A stretch of DNA of 64,000 bases from an uncultured virus (IMG/VR IMGVR_UViG_3300031420_000005). Taxonomy: Duplodnaviria; Heunggongvirae; Uroviricota; Caudoviricetes. The notes beneath the pieces are model-generated. The model searched no databases, was not told where the DNA came from, and worked only from the letters and a program-made list of their open reading frames with translations. The first letter of the stretch is position 1. Each line of letters begins with the position of its first letter. Of the stretch, positions 47,719-57,186 are shown piece by piece. The stretch lies in the IMG/VR virus record IMGVR_UViG_3300031420_000005. The stretch is one strand, 5' to 3'. Both the position numbers and the translations under genes were made by a program.

Positions 47719-48015
47719 CTAGATCAGCGGAACCGGGTGGAGCACGAAGGCGTTGAAGGTGCTGTCCGAGGTGACATCGGCGTACTTCTCGTCATAGATC
47801 AGGCCGATGTTCGCTTCCAGGGCCGCCTCGACGATGGAGTCCACCTCGTTCTCATCGAAGCCAGCGTTGTGCACCGGGAAGTAGCCATCCACGAGCTCGT
47901 TGCTGGTCTGAGCGTAGATCAGCACCACACCGTCGTCAGAGACGATCTGCGGCTCTCCGTACTTGGCGGCGAGGGTGATAGCGCTGTGCATGAGGTCTGC
48001 GAGGCTGATGGCCAT
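47719..48015 (-). CDS. hypothetical acidic protein
   Basis: TTGCGC promoter, ACACCAC leader, GGAG RBS. Confidence 0.75.
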   Translation of the reverse strand: MAISLADLMHSAITLAAKYGEPQIVSDDGVVLIYAQTSNELVDGYFPVHNAGFDENEVDSIVEAALEANIGLIYDEKYADVTSDSTFNAFVLHPVPLI

Positions 48016-48110
48016 GGGGTTTCTCCCGAGATGTTTCGTGCGGTGATCGTGGTGTGAGATCGACCATACACGGCCGAAAGCGTTCGCGCAACGATCAGAC
48101 CGAACTGCGA

Positions 48111-48431
48111 TCAGCCGATGGACAGCCCCTGGGCCTTCAGGTGCTCAGTGAGCTCCGAGTTGAGGCCGTCGATGGAATCGGCAGCGAAGTGGTCGCCGAA
48201 GAGCATGGTGAAGAAGATCCGGGTGAAGGGACCGTTGGCCTCGTCGCTGATGAAGACGAGGTCCACGCCGGCGAAGGGATCCGCGTAGCGCAGCTTGGTG
48301 GAGGAGACGAAGACGGGCTCGAGCTTCTCGCCGCTGAAGAGGTTCTTGGAGTGAGCGAAGGCCTCCACGGCCTCGATGGCGCTCTGGCGAGCGTTGCGGT
48401 TCTTCTTGGCGAGCTTCTGCTGTGCGGACAC
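48111..48431 (-). CDS. hypothetical protein (GTG start)
   Basis: AGGAG RBS; TTGCGC-17-TAGCAT promoter. Confidence 0.75.
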   Translation of the reverse strand: MSAQQKLAKKNRNARQSAIEAVEAFAHSKNLFSGEKLEPVFVSSTKLRYADPFAGVDLVFISDEANGPFTRIFFTMLFGDHFAADSIDGLNSELTEHLKAQGLSIG

Positions 48432-48540
48432 GGTGACTTCTCCTGCTGAAAGTGGTGAACAGTCAATCGACAGACTGAGTGGTGGTCGAGTTCGATGCTA
48501 CGCGGGAAAGTCGATCCGCGCAACCCTCTCAGAGGACGAA

Positions 48541-48876
48541 TCAGCCGAAGAGAGCAGAGAGCTGCTGGTTGATGGTCTCAGCTGTTTCCCTGCTGATCCT
48601 TGAACCATCTTCCGTGAGCACCACTACTCCAGAGATAGAGCTCAACGCCGAGGCCCTCACGACAATCAGGGTGAGCTTGAGCTTCTGATCCGTGTAGCTC
48701 AGCTGGTGGACCCTGTGTCCGCCGAAATCCGTAGGACTGTAGAGCCACGGTGATTCGATGTAGTCTCCCAGGAGTAGAGCTCCCGTGTGATTGCCCAGGA
48801 GGAATCCGTGCTCTCGGACCACAGCCACTATCCGATCACCGAGAGAGGCTACCTTCTGTCGAGACCAGCGGCTCAC
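48541..48876 (-). CDS. hypothetical protein
   Basis: Coupled to 48873-49229, weakly similar to it. Confidence 0.6.
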   Translation of the reverse strand: MSRWSRQKVASLGDRIVAVVREHGFLLGNHTGALLLGDYIESPWLYSPTDFGGHRVHQLSYTDQKLKLTLIVVRASALSSISGVVVLTEDGSRISRETAETINQQLSALFG

Positions 48877-49229
48877 GGAATCAGCTCCATGAGCCGACTG
48901 TTGAGCTCAGCGATCTGAGCTTCGGACAGGGCGCAGGCGAACTCAGGCGTCACCACGAACCGGGTCACCTGCCAGGTCCTACCGCTCCGGATCACCACAA
49001 GGGTTGCTCGAACCTTCGAGCTCTCATAGGCGTAGCGATCCACGACCTTGCCACGGCTCAGGATCAGCGGCGCGTACTTATCCCGGTCGATGATCTCGTT
49101 GTGGACAGCCACGGGATGGAGCCTATTCTCCGGGAAGAAGCCGAACTCGCTGAGGACCTCTATGGCCTTCCAGGGCACCGCTGTTCGCAGCTCCGCCTGG
49201 CTGATCTTGCGCTTGGGCTGTTCAGCCAT
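48873..49229 (-). CDS. hypothetical protein
   Basis: Overlaps exonuclease stop. Confidence 0.7.
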   Translation of the reverse strand: MAEQPKRKISQAELRTAVPWKAIEVLSEFGFFPENRLHPVAVHNEIIDRDKYAPLILSRGKVVDRYAYESSKVRATLVVIRSGRTWQVTRFVVTPEFACALSEAQIAELNSRLMELIP

Positions 49230-49803
49230 GGCTACGGACTTCCTTCACTCGCTGGGCGGGGTCACTGTCCCGGACGATGTTCTTGCTGAGGGGGTTACGG
49301 AGCACGACCTGCAGGGCGATGAGCGCGTCATCTGCGGGGTTATGGTGGTCGATGGGGATGCCGTAGCGCTCGGCCATGGTCGCCACGCCCGCCTTGCCCT
49401 GGCCTCGGCTCAGGCCGAGCTCAGCGCGAGCGATGGGCAGGGAGTTGAGCCAGGAGAGGTGGAGTGCCTCGAGCCCGTGGATGAGCTGAGCGGCCTGCCA
49501 GGATCGGCGATCCGAGGTGGTGTCGTGGGCGACGAGGATGAGCTCGACCCCATCAGCCTGGGCATCGGCGAGGAGTCCAGCGATGCGAGCGTAGAGCTGC
49601 GAGAACTCCATGCCTCCATCTGCCTGCTCCTGAGTGATCCCGTGGAAGCGCGTGTGCTCCTGACGGGGAGCGATGGCGGGGAGCTGGACGAAGCCGTGCT
49701 CCTTCGTGCCGTCCTCGAAGGCGAGACCGTAGGCGCAGATGGTGCCCTTGGTGTTGTTGCCGTACTCGAAGTCGATGCCGAGATAGCGGCGAGGAGTGGT
49801 CAT
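49222..49803 (-). CDS. DEDDh 3'-5' exonuclease (DnaQ/epsilon-like)
   Basis: GIDFE...FHGIT...LVAHD...D...HHNPADDA; TTGACA(49834-49839) promoter. Confidence 0.85.
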   Translation of the reverse strand: MTTPRRYLGIDFEYGNNTKGTICAYGLAFEDGTKEHGFVQLPAIAPRQEHTRFHGITQEQADGGMEFSQLYARIAGLLADAQADGVELILVAHDTTSDRRSWQAAQLIHGLEALHLSWLNSLPIARAELGLSRGQGKAGVATMAERYGIPIDHHNPADDALIALQVVLRNPLSKNIVRDSDPAQRVKEVRSHG

Positions 49804-49841
49804 GGGTTGATCCTATGCCCTCACGAACAGGACTGTCAACC

Positions 49842-50285
49842 CTAGCTCAAACCTGGCTCGATAGCTTCTACCTCGGCGGTCTCGCTCCGAACCTCGCCTC
49901 TCTTCAATCGGTAGAGGTAGGTGCTCTTGTCGAAGTAGAGTGCGGTGTGAGACGCCATGAGAAGCGGAGGTGTCATCGCAATAGAAAAGAGCAATGCATG
50001 ACCGATAGGATCGAACATGAGAACAATGACAGCAGGCAGGAAAGTGGCGCCCACGCTTCCCCATCGGCCAGCTTTCTCGGCGGCGTAGTAGTCCCGTGCG
50101 TTGGATCGATCCTTCGCTACTCGAGCTTTCAGCTCTGCCCTGACAGCTTGACGATGGGCCCTGCGCCCCTGTCGGGCAATCTTGCCCGTGTTCTGCAGCT
50201 TCTCGATGCTCACGAGCGCTTTCCTCCGACGAGCTCCTCCCGGGTTGCGCCACAGCGCGTGCAGAAGATCACCACGGGACCCCAC
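49842..50285 (-). CDS. 2-TM membrane protein, paralog family G
   Basis: Basic N-terminus, two TM helices, YLYRLKRG motif as in 61976-63818 genes; start uncertain. Confidence 0.6.
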   Translation of the reverse strand: MGSRGDLLHALWRNPGGARRRKALVSIEKLQNTGKIARQGRRAHRQAVRAELKARVAKDRSNARDYYAAEKAGRWGSVGATFLPAVIVLMFDPIGHALLFSIAMTPPLLMASHTALYFDKSTYLYRLKRGEVRSETAEVEAIEPGLS

Positions 50286-50430
50286 TGACCGGGCTCCGGG
50301 TTGCTCACAGCAAAGCCGTGGCCCTGAGCGTCCACGCAGGGAGCCAGCCGCTGGTAGGTGATCTCGTTGGCGCCCATGGAGGCTCCCTTCCTTCAGTCTG
50401 TCTCCATCCTACCGATGGATGGCCCTCTCG

Positions 50431-51003
50431 TCAAACCGCCAGGGCCGGAAGCTCCACCTTGTACTCCTTCACAACGAGTTCAGCGAAGTGGCGGAGGAGG
50501 CGCAGCTCCAGCTCATCGAGCTCCGAGTAGGGGTTGGAGCCATCTGCGAACATGAGCTCAGCGTAGGCTGCGGGCTCCGGGAATGTGGGCTCGACGGGCT
50601 CCTTGAAGCGGTAGCGCGAGTTGATCTCACCGGCGCTCACGATGCCCTCGATGTCGAGGAACTGACCGTCGGGGAGCTGCACCGCAGCGTGGCCCTGCCA
50701 GCCCGTCTCGTTCTCGCCGCTGGGCTTCGTGAAGAGCGCGAGCTGGAAGCCCGTGAGCTCGTGGAGCACCTGGGCGAGGTAGCCGCAGTAGCCCCAGGAG
50801 AAGAGCTGAACGGCCTCGGAGTCGATGAAGTCCAGCGTCAGGGAGGACATGCGAGATCCGTAGACGACCTCCAGGGCGGCGGGCGACTTCTCGAGGTCCT
50901 CATACTCGTCAGCGTAGTAGGTCGCTGCGCGCCAGTAGCAGAGGTCGTAGAACTCCCGGTCGGAGTAGTAGAGCGACTTCCAGTGGGTGCCTCGGTTGAA
51001 CAT
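50431..51003 (-). CDS. putative Cys-His-Asp (papain/transglutaminase-like) enzyme, pair H
   Basis: GYCGYLAQVLHELTG...HAAV...FLDIEG. Confidence 0.65.
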   Translation of the reverse strand: MFNRGTHWKSLYYSDREFYDLCYWRAATYYADEYEDLEKSPAALEVVYGSRMSSLTLDFIDSEAVQLFSWGYCGYLAQVLHELTGFQLALFTKPSGENETGWQGHAAVQLPDGQFLDIEGIVSAGEINSRYRFKEPVEPTFPEPAAYAELMFADGSNPYSELDELELRLLRHFAELVVKEYKVELPALAV

Positions 51004-51075
51004 GGGTCCAACCTATGACCCCAGGAGGTACCTGTCAACCGGAGGCTCGACGAAGTTTACTCCTGCGAGGCCGCT

Positions 51076-51105
51076 TTAACAGATCTCGATAAAGCGGCAT
51101 AAAGT
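51076..51105 (+). promoter_or_regulatory. putative promoter overlapped by 9-bp inverted repeat
   Basis: TTAACA-18-TAAAGT; GCCGCTTTA/TAAAGCGGC palindrome. Confidence 0.45.
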
Positions 51106-51111
51106 TCGCAA

Positions 51112-51260
51112 ACCTCGAGCGTCGAGTCCCCGCGGAAAGCGCGGGTCTTCGGTGGAGCGGCGTAGGATATCCGCCTGACTGTGCTCAGCTGCCATCAGGA
51201 GGCGCCGGGGACGAGCCACCGCACACGCACATGGCCTAGGATGCCCCGAGGGCTTAGGCT
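51112..51260 (+). ncRNA. candidate small structured RNA
   Basis: Region without a credible ORF after the promoter; nested stems CCCGCG/CGCGGG, GGTGG/CCACC, CGGCGT/GCGCCG, CCTGA/TCAGG. Confidence 0.4.
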
Positions 51261-51273
51261 GGCAGGTAGCGCC

Positions 51274-51390
51274 CTAGGCCTCGAGGGCGTCGGCGTCTCG
51301 GGCTGCCTCGAGTTCAGCAGCGATGGCATCAGCCGCCTCTTCAGCCGTGGCGCTGCGCTCGATGATGGAGAGGATCTCATCCCGGTCCAT
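51274..51390 (-). CDS. small acidic peptide (MDRDEILSIIERS...)
   Basis: GAAAGAG then CCCCATG; typical codons. Confidence 0.5.
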   Translation of the reverse strand: MDRDEILSIIERSATAEEAADAIAAELEAARDADALEA

Positions 51391-51561
51391 GGGGCTACTC
51401 TTTCTGTGAGCCTTCGGGTGAAAGGTGCCAACAATGGCCCAAAGGTACCAATGGGATGACTCCTCTGGCACGATTGGCACCTTCTTGGCACCTTTGGGCG
51501 TCTTTGAGCGGTCAACCGGGTGGCTGTGGTAACTTTACCACGGCCACTGAGTGCGGCAGGC

Positions 51562-51954
51562 TCAGCGGGCCTTCGGGTAGACCTTCAGGATGCAGCCAGC
51601 GAAGGAGATCTCGCCGAGATCAACGAGCCCGTCGAGCTCGAAATAGGGCGAGAGGAGCTGGCGAACGAGGAGTCGCACCGGGCCGCCGGCGATGCGAAGA
51701 TCTGCCACCAGAGCCTTCTGAACGCCCGTGAGCTCCGTCAGGGAGCGGAGCGGCCGGGAGGAGCGCCAGAGCTCGAAGCCGTTGACCCACAGGGTGATGA
51801 CACCGGCCGTGGAGGTTACCTTGTAGCTTCCGTCGATGGAGTCCATGAGGCGAGCGGTGAGCTCCCGGATGGAGACGATGCCGTTGAGCTCAGCTCCGAA
51901 GTCGGAGATCGCGAGCGAAGGAGCGGCGGGAGCGGTGGAGAGTGCGGCGGTCAT
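51562..51954 (-). CDS. hypothetical protein
   Basis: TTGACA-17-TAGGTT leaderless promoter. Confidence 0.8.
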   Translation of the reverse strand: MTAALSTAPAAPSLAISDFGAELNGIVSIRELTARLMDSIDGSYKVTSTAGVITLWVNGFELWRSSRPLRSLTELTGVQKALVADLRIAGGPVRLLVRQLLSPYFELDGLVDLGEISFAGCILKVYPKAR

Positions 51955-51963
51955 GGAAGAAAC

Positions 51964-52218
51964 CTATACCCTGTCCGCAGTCCTGTCAACCGACCGAGAG
52001 AAACCTCGCTCGCGGCGGCCGCCCGGCCGGTCCACGACGATGCCCCAGACCTTGCCCCTGCCCCGGCAGTCGCCGCAGGGGAGCTTCGTGGGATCGCCGC
52101 CGCGAGCGAGGTGGGTGATGGTGAGGCTGTTGCCCCTGAACCAGCGCGTGGAGCCCGATCCTCCACAGGAGTCGCAGGGCACCCAGTCCATCTTCTCGCC
52201 GTCAGTGTTCCTGTGCAT
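51964..52218 (-). CDS. small DnaJ-type CxxCxGxG zinc-finger protein
   Basis: CDSCGGSG and CGDCRGRG; TTGACA promoter. Confidence 0.65.
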   Translation of the reverse strand: MHRNTDGEKMDWVPCDSCGGSGSTRWFRGNSLTITHLARGGDPTKLPCGDCRGRGKVWGIVVDRPGGRRERGFSRSVDRTADRV

Positions 52219-52261
52219 AGAGCAACCCTACACCCTGGCTCCAGAGTCTGTCAACAGCCCT

Positions 52262-52684
52262 TCAGTCGAGGAAGCCCGTCACGCCCTCGAGGATGACCTC
52301 CAGCCAGCTGAGCTCATCGGGGTCCCGTCTTCTGTCCCGGCTTCCGGTGGCCTTGCTTTTCCGATTGCCCCGCCAGTTGAAGGGGCCTCGCTCGAGGAGG
52401 ATGGTGGAGAGCGGTCGACCGTTGCGCTCCAGGAAGGCCACACGACGCCGGTCCTCCTCCGTGGGTTCGCGCTTGGGGAGGATCTTCCGGTGCTCGGCGC
52501 TCTTGTAGAGAGCTCGGAGGGCCTTGGCGAGCTTCAGGCTCTCCCGGTCGCTACCCCTGTGGGAGGAGAGGTAGCTGTCGAGCTCCTCCTCTCGCTCAGC
52601 GATGCGCTCGAGGACTTCCTCATCCGAGAGCTCGAAGTGGGGATCCTCCCGGCGCTGAAGCCAGTCCACTGCCAGTTCGATCAC
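52262..52684 (-). CDS. hypothetical protein (GTG start, MIELAVDWLQ...)
   Basis: GTGA overlap with DUF4031 stop; AAGGAG RBS. Confidence 0.65.
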   Translation of the reverse strand: MIELAVDWLQRREDPHFELSDEEVLERIAEREEELDSYLSSHRGSDRESLKLAKALRALYKSAEHRKILPKREPTEEDRRRVAFLERNGRPLSTILLERGPFNWRGNRKSKATGSRDRRRDPDELSWLEVILEGVTGFLD

Positions 52685-53019
52685 TCGTCGGTCTCCTTCT
52701 CTGAGTTCTTGAGCTCTAGCTCTTGCTGCGCTTCGAGCTCTCGCCGCCAGCCGTTCCTCATGCGAGCGAGGTCCAGCATGCCGATCTCGATGGCGCCCGC
52801 AGCGACGGCGGCTGCTCTTCGAGTCTCGGTCACATCGTAGTGGCGCTTCCAGGGGATGTCGGGGTACTGAATCCAGGACCGGCGGAGCCCGATCCGGTCG
52901 GCCATGGCGTCGAGCTCCTCCCGGCTGTCTGCCTGCATGTGGCACCACCTGGAGCGCACCGAGCGATTCCCGTTCTTGACCTTCGCTGGCACGAAGTAGT
53001 CGTCCACATAGACAGCCAC
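52681..53019 (-). CDS. DUF4031 family protein
   Basis: MAVYVDD...WCHMQADS.EEL.AMA.RIGL.RSW.Q...HYDVT...R..AVAAGA. Confidence 0.88.
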   Translation of the reverse strand: MAVYVDDYFVPAKVKNGNRSVRSRWCHMQADSREELDAMADRIGLRRSWIQYPDIPWKRHYDVTETRRAAAVAAGAIEIGMLDLARMRNGWRRELEAQQELELKNSEKETDE

Positions 53020-53028
53020 GGGGAGCTC

Positions 53029-53589
53029 TTAGCGACCGTCGGAGGGATTGGCGGCAGCGATGATCTTCGTCCCCGCGGGAAGGCTGGAGTCCAGCAGAGC
53101 TGCACGGCCCTGCACCATCTTCAGCATGGAGGACTGATTTTCGAGATCCCTTGCCGTCCACTGAAGAAAGTCTTGTTCCTCGGAGACTGCGCTGACCAGG
53201 GGATCCCGGAAGGGCGACTTGCTCAGCTCGTCCCAGCTGTCGGGAGTCCCGCTGAACTCGTTGCCACTGTGGAAGTAGTCCCCCATGATGTGAGCTTGGG
53301 CTCCCACGAGGCTGCCTCGCGAGCCGGTGATTCCGAGGAGGTCCAGGGCCTCCTGACGGCTGTAGATCTCGTAGAGCTCCTCGGGGGTCTGTGCGAAGAT
53401 CGCCTCCCGGTTCTTGAGCTCAGATGCCGCCTCTCGCTGAAGCTCGCCGATGCCCAGGGAGATGGCTCCCATGTTGGGATCCAGGCGCACCGGCTCCATG
53501 AGCCAGGCTGGGCTGTAGACATGGTTCAGGATGTCCTGGACCGAGGTCTTCTCTGCGAGCATGGCATGCTCGATGGGCTGTGCTTCCAC
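53029..53589 (-). CDS. hypothetical protein
   Basis: GAGGAGG RBS, GTG start. Confidence 0.7.
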   Translation of the reverse strand: MEAQPIEHAMLAEKTSVQDILNHVYSPAWLMEPVRLDPNMGAISLGIGELQREAASELKNREAIFAQTPEELYEIYSRQEALDLLGITGSRGSLVGAQAHIMGDYFHSGNEFSGTPDSWDELSKSPFRDPLVSAVSEEQDFLQWTARDLENQSSMLKMVQGRAALLDSSLPAGTKIIAAANPSDGR

Positions 53590-53652
53590 GGGTTCCTCCT
53601 CGGAGCGTGATCGATGGCTAGAGGGCCGGTAACCTGCTAGAGAGGTTACGAC

Positions 53653-54045
53653 TCAGTAGCGATTGGCGACGATGGAGCTCATCCGGCGGATTCGCTTGCT
53701 CAGCTTGCCATCCAGGGGAAGGATGTCCACATAGCGGAACTGAGCGATGGTGCGCAGCTCGCCGTCGATAGCCGGGTTGTGGCCTGCGGCGATGGCATCC
53801 TCGTCGCTGCCCGTGAAGATCGCCTCCTCGACGAGCTCAGCCGGAGTCGAGGGGTTCATCAGGGCTGCGCTTCGCAGGTGCTGGTCCTTGCCCTCGCTGA
53901 AGGCCTTGAGGATCAGCGGATCGGTCTCCGCGGCCCGGGCCATGATGATGTCGGCTCGAGCGTCGAGCTTTGCGCGCTGGGCCTCTGCCTCGGCGTCCAT
54001 GCGCTCCTTGACAGAGCCGAATCGATCCTGAAAGCTGTTGCTCAT
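53653..54045 (-). CDS. protein with LRV/HEAT-like helical repeats
   Basis: AALMNPSTPAELV and AAGHNPAI; AGGAG RBS. Confidence 0.65.
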   Translation of the reverse strand: MSNSFQDRFGSVKERMDAEAEAQRAKLDARADIIMARAAETDPLILKAFSEGKDQHLRSAALMNPSTPAELVEEAIFTGSDEDAIAAGHNPAIDGELRTIAQFRYVDILPLDGKLSKRIRRMSSIVANRY

Positions 54046-54112
54046 GGTGCTACTCCTACTGGTTGCGGTGAGAATCTGGAGATCTGTGTTGGAAGCTGTG
54101 AGAGGTCGAAGG

Positions 54113-54406
54113 TTAGCGAACCGTGAGGAAGATCGGCTCACCCGTGAGGGCAGAGGGAACGCTCCGGGGAGCACGCCTCTCAGCGTCGATCTTCTTGAGC
54201 TCGTTGAACAACGCACAGACCTCATCGTGGGCGCTCTGAGCGTCAGCTACTGCGTCACAGAGGGCCTTCCGAACCGCCCGGGAGGGGTTCTCTGCCCGGG
54301 AAAGCTCTGCGACTGCTCTGCGGACCCGGTTGTTGGAACGAGCCTTCTCCCGGGATGCTTCCTGGAGCTCGGGGGAGCGAGGATCGATGAGTGCTGCAGC
54401 TTCCAT
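54113..54406 (-). CDS. hypothetical protein (MEAAALID...)
   Basis: TGATG coupling. Confidence 0.6.
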   Translation of the reverse strand: MEAAALIDPRSPELQEASREKARSNNRVRRAVAELSRAENPSRAVRKALCDAVADAQSAHDEVCALFNELKKIDAERRAPRSVPSALTGEPIFLTVR

Positions 54407-54762
54407 CAGCGGCCGAACTCCTCGGTGCGGAGCTCGATGATGTGCTCGGCCTCTGCCCACTCCTCTTCGGTGAGGTCCGGGTGGTCGAGGTCGAAGAGCA
54501 CCACGATGAGCGCCTTGACGATGACCTGGGAGCTGATGCTCTTGCCGTAGTTGTTCGGAGCATCGCCGCGGGTGCAGCCCGTGAGGGAGGAAACGATCTC
54601 CTCGGCGGCCTCGGTCTCAGCATCGCCCCAGCTGTAGACGCCGCCAGCGTGCATGTCGTCCACCTGCGCCAGGAGCGCCGAGTGGATCACCCAGCGGTCG
54701 GTGGCGTCCGGCTCGAAGCCATCGATGGAGAGCGGAACGAGGGGCGTGGAGGTCGCGGTCAT
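54406..54762 (-). CDS. hypothetical protein
   Basis: TTGACA-17-TACGAT leaderless promoter. Confidence 0.8.
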   Translation of the reverse strand: MTATSTPLVPLSIDGFEPDATDRWVIHSALLAQVDDMHAGGVYSWGDAETEAAEEIVSSLTGCTRGDAPNNYGKSISSQVIVKALIVVLFDLDHPDLTEEEWAEAEHIIELRTEEFGR

Positions 54763-54840
54763 GGGTCCATCGTATGCTCCTGGGCAGCGCCTGTCAACAG
54801 CTGACGGGAACCTGATGATCGGAAGGTGAGCCAGTGGAGC

Positions 54841-55167
54841 TCAGCTGTGACGCCAGGGCCTGAAGAACTTGACGATGGGGTGGCGAGGATCGAGCTCTCG
54901 GCTCCTCAGGATTCGCGCTTCGTCCGCACTGGGTCGAGCCAGGTAGTGGGCCGTGGCTCCGGGGCTAGAGTCCACCCAGGCGAGGCTCGTCCCTCCGGCT
55001 TCCTTCCGGTCGCTCATGTGGAGGTCGTTGTGGTCCTCGAAGCGAGCGCAGCGGAGTCCTCGATCCTCGTACTCGTCGCAGTAGATGCCTGCCTGGCAGC
55101 GCTCGGACTCCTCCGAGGCAAAGATCCTCGACTTCGGTGCCTGAGCCGTTGCAGCGATGAGAAACAT
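54841..55167 (-). CDS. hypothetical Cys/His protein
   Basis: C...C...RC....H...H; GAAAGG RBS. Confidence 0.65.
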   Translation of the reverse strand: MFLIAATAQAPKSRIFASEESERCQAGIYCDEYEDRGLRCARFEDHNDLHMSDRKEAGGTSLAWVDSSPGATAHYLARPSADEARILRSRELDPRHPIVKFFRPWRHS

Positions 55168-55197
55168 GGGGTTGCGCCCCTTTCCGTGGTTGGGGGT

Positions 55198-55671
55198 TTA
55201 GGCGGCCAGCGTGAGGTCGAGGGCGGGGAGCCCGGGGATGGAGCCGAACAGAGCCTGGAGCTTCTCGGCGACCTCGAGCACATCGCCGTCGGTCCAGATG
55301 GTCTGGGCCTGGCCCTGGATGAGGTACTCGTAGTCGCCGAGGCTCAGGGGCTGGATGGTGCCGCCGTTGGCGTACTCCCAGCCGTAGTTGGAGAGGGTGA
55401 TCGAGGGGTCGTTGAGCCCGTCCACATCGAGGATGTAGCCCTCGGCCGTGCGGACAGCCATGTGGGTCCAGCCCGTGCGACCGTCGAGGACGGGGCTGCC
55501 GTCGGTGACTGCGATGAGCTCTCCGAGGCCGAGCCGGTGGAGCGCCAGAGCGAGGATGTGGCAGTCGCCCTGGGTGTAGGTGTCAATGGTGTACTCGTCG
55601 AAGTCGCTGGCGATGGAGAGCTTGCCTTCCCAGAAGGTGATCTCCGGTGCAGTTGCGGTCGCGGTTGCCAT
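55198..55671 (-). CDS. putative Cys-His-Asp enzyme, pair H
   Basis: YTQGDCHILALALH...HMAV...ILDVDG; TTGACA promoter. Confidence 0.7.
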   Translation of the reverse strand: MATATATAPEITFWEGKLSIASDFDEYTIDTYTQGDCHILALALHRLGLGELIAVTDGSPVLDGRTGWTHMAVRTAEGYILDVDGLNDPSITLSNYGWEYANGGTIQPLSLGDYEYLIQGQAQTIWTDGDVLEVAEKLQALFGSIPGLPALDLTLAA

Positions 55672-55772
55672 GGAAGAAACCTACACGGGTAGGCCGTCCC
55701 TGTCAACAGTTCTTCTCAACTGAAGTCAGGGACGGCCTGAGGAAGGATGCGCAGCGAACGGGCTGCGAGCGC

Positions 55773-56036
55773 CTAGCCGATCTCGATCTCGATGGTGATG
55801 ACGCCGAACTTGTAGAGGCTCTTGAACTGCTTCGAGGTGCCGGCGAGGAGGTTCTCCTCCGACTCCAGGTGCCAGGCCGTCGGCTGCTTCGCGAAGAACT
55901 TGACGACCTCTTCGGAGAGCGTGGGGTAGTCGACCTTGCCGAGCTCCATGCGCTGACCGATGGTCAGCTCCTTCATGGCGAGCTTCAGAGCTTCCGAGGC
56001 GATCTCGATGTCCTGGGCGGTGTAGGTGGCGTTCAT
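55773..56036 (-). CDS. hypothetical protein
   Basis: TTGACA-18-TAGGAT leaderless promoter. Confidence 0.8.
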   Translation of the reverse strand: MNATYTAQDIEIASEALKLAMKELTIGQRMELGKVDYPTLSEEVVKFFAKQPTAWHLESEENLLAGTSKQFKSLYKFGVITIEIEIG

Positions 56037-56122
56037 GGGTTCATCCTACGACTCTGGATTCTGCCCTGTCAACCAACTGCCGGAAGTTCTTTCGAGCAGC
56101 CCTACTCCGCCTCCGCTTGAGC

Positions 56123-56740
56123 CTAGAGGCTCTCGATGCCGCCGATCTCCCGGACCTTGGCGAGGTGCTCGTCCACGGGACCGAAGGGGCGGTCCGAGTA
56201 GACAGTGACGATGGGGCCGACGCCGGCCGATGCTGCAGCGTCCATCTTCGAGCTGAAGTCGGCCGCGAGCTTGGCCATGAGCTCCTCCCGGAGCTTCTCG
56301 ATGAGTTCGGCGTCGTGCTTGGCGAGCCAGGACTTGAACTCCTCGTGGAAGGGTGAGAGCTGGTGGGTGTTGAAGACCTCACCCCGGTGGACCGCCCAGG
56401 CGTTGGAGAACTCAGCCGAGGTGAAGCCGATGGTGCGGAGATCCCGGGAGTCGCTCACCGTGCCGTCGTAGAGCCGCTTGAGGTAGGGCTCGTTTGCCGG
56501 TAGGTACTGCATGAGGAGCGCCTCGAGCTGCTCGTTGCGGCCCGGGTAGCTCGAGTTGGCGAGGTGGAGAGCCGCCTCCAGGGTGGACCAGGGCACGGCC
56601 ACCGTCTCGGGTTCGCCCTGCTCCACGATGAGGTCCACGATCCTGTTTCGAACTTCGGAGTGGCCGGGAAGCGTGTCCCTGGCGAGGATGCGGATGAGGT
56701 AGAGCGGTACGGGGACCGTGGTCTCGCTGTGCTGAGTCAT
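56123..56740 (-). CDS. hypothetical protein with duplicated ETV.VP N-terminal module
   Basis: TTGACT-17-TAAGGT promoter. Confidence 0.8.
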   Translation of the reverse strand: MTQHSETTVPVPLYLIRILARDTLPGHSEVRNRIVDLIVEQGEPETVAVPWSTLEAALHLANSSYPGRNEQLEALLMQYLPANEPYLKRLYDGTVSDSRDLRTIGFTSAEFSNAWAVHRGEVFNTHQLSPFHEEFKSWLAKHDAELIEKLREELMAKLAADFSSKMDAAASAGVGPIVTVYSDRPFGPVDEHLAKVREIGGIESL

Positions 56741-56822
56741 GGGGCAACCTTACATGGTTAGGAAGAGACAGTCAATGGGTCTGCGGGTAAGTGCTTTCGG
56801 CGGCCGTACTCTAGGAGGAGTC

Positions 56823-57131
56823 TCAGCGACCAGAGTGAAGCCGGATGATCTCAGCGGAGGCCTTCCGCAGGGAGCTCACGGAGAGATTGGGAGTAGCCTC
56901 GACAACGGCGAGGAGCTTGCCGGCCTGGGAGAAGCCCTGCACGACCACGGTGGGCGCCTTGCGCTGCGCCTGGGAGAGGATCGCGCTACGCTCCTTGCGG
57001 GAGGCGATCTTACCGCCCTTGGAGTCCTCGACGAGCCCGGAGACGAAGTGCTCCCGGTGGTTCTTCTCGACGATGGAGATCCGAGCGATGAGCGGAGCGA
57101 TCTTCTGGGCGGAGATGCGAGTGGCGGGCAT
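56823..57131 (-). CDS. hypothetical basic protein
   Basis: TTGACA-17-TAGCGT; second ATG is the leaderless position. Confidence 0.7.
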   Translation of the reverse strand: MPATRISAQKIAPLIARISIVEKNHREHFVSGLVEDSKGGKIASRKERSAILSQAQRKAPTVVVQGFSQAGKLLAVVEATPNLSVSSLRKASAEIIRLHSGR

Positions 57132-57186
57132 GGACATGACGCTACACTGCTGCGATCAGCCTGTCAATAACCCCGTGAGTAGCTAC

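Noticed and set aside
4554..48500. ACACCAC/GTGGTGT as a Chi-like recombination site
   Set aside because: It is positionally tied to predicted +1 on the transcribed strand, which points to a transcript-level role.
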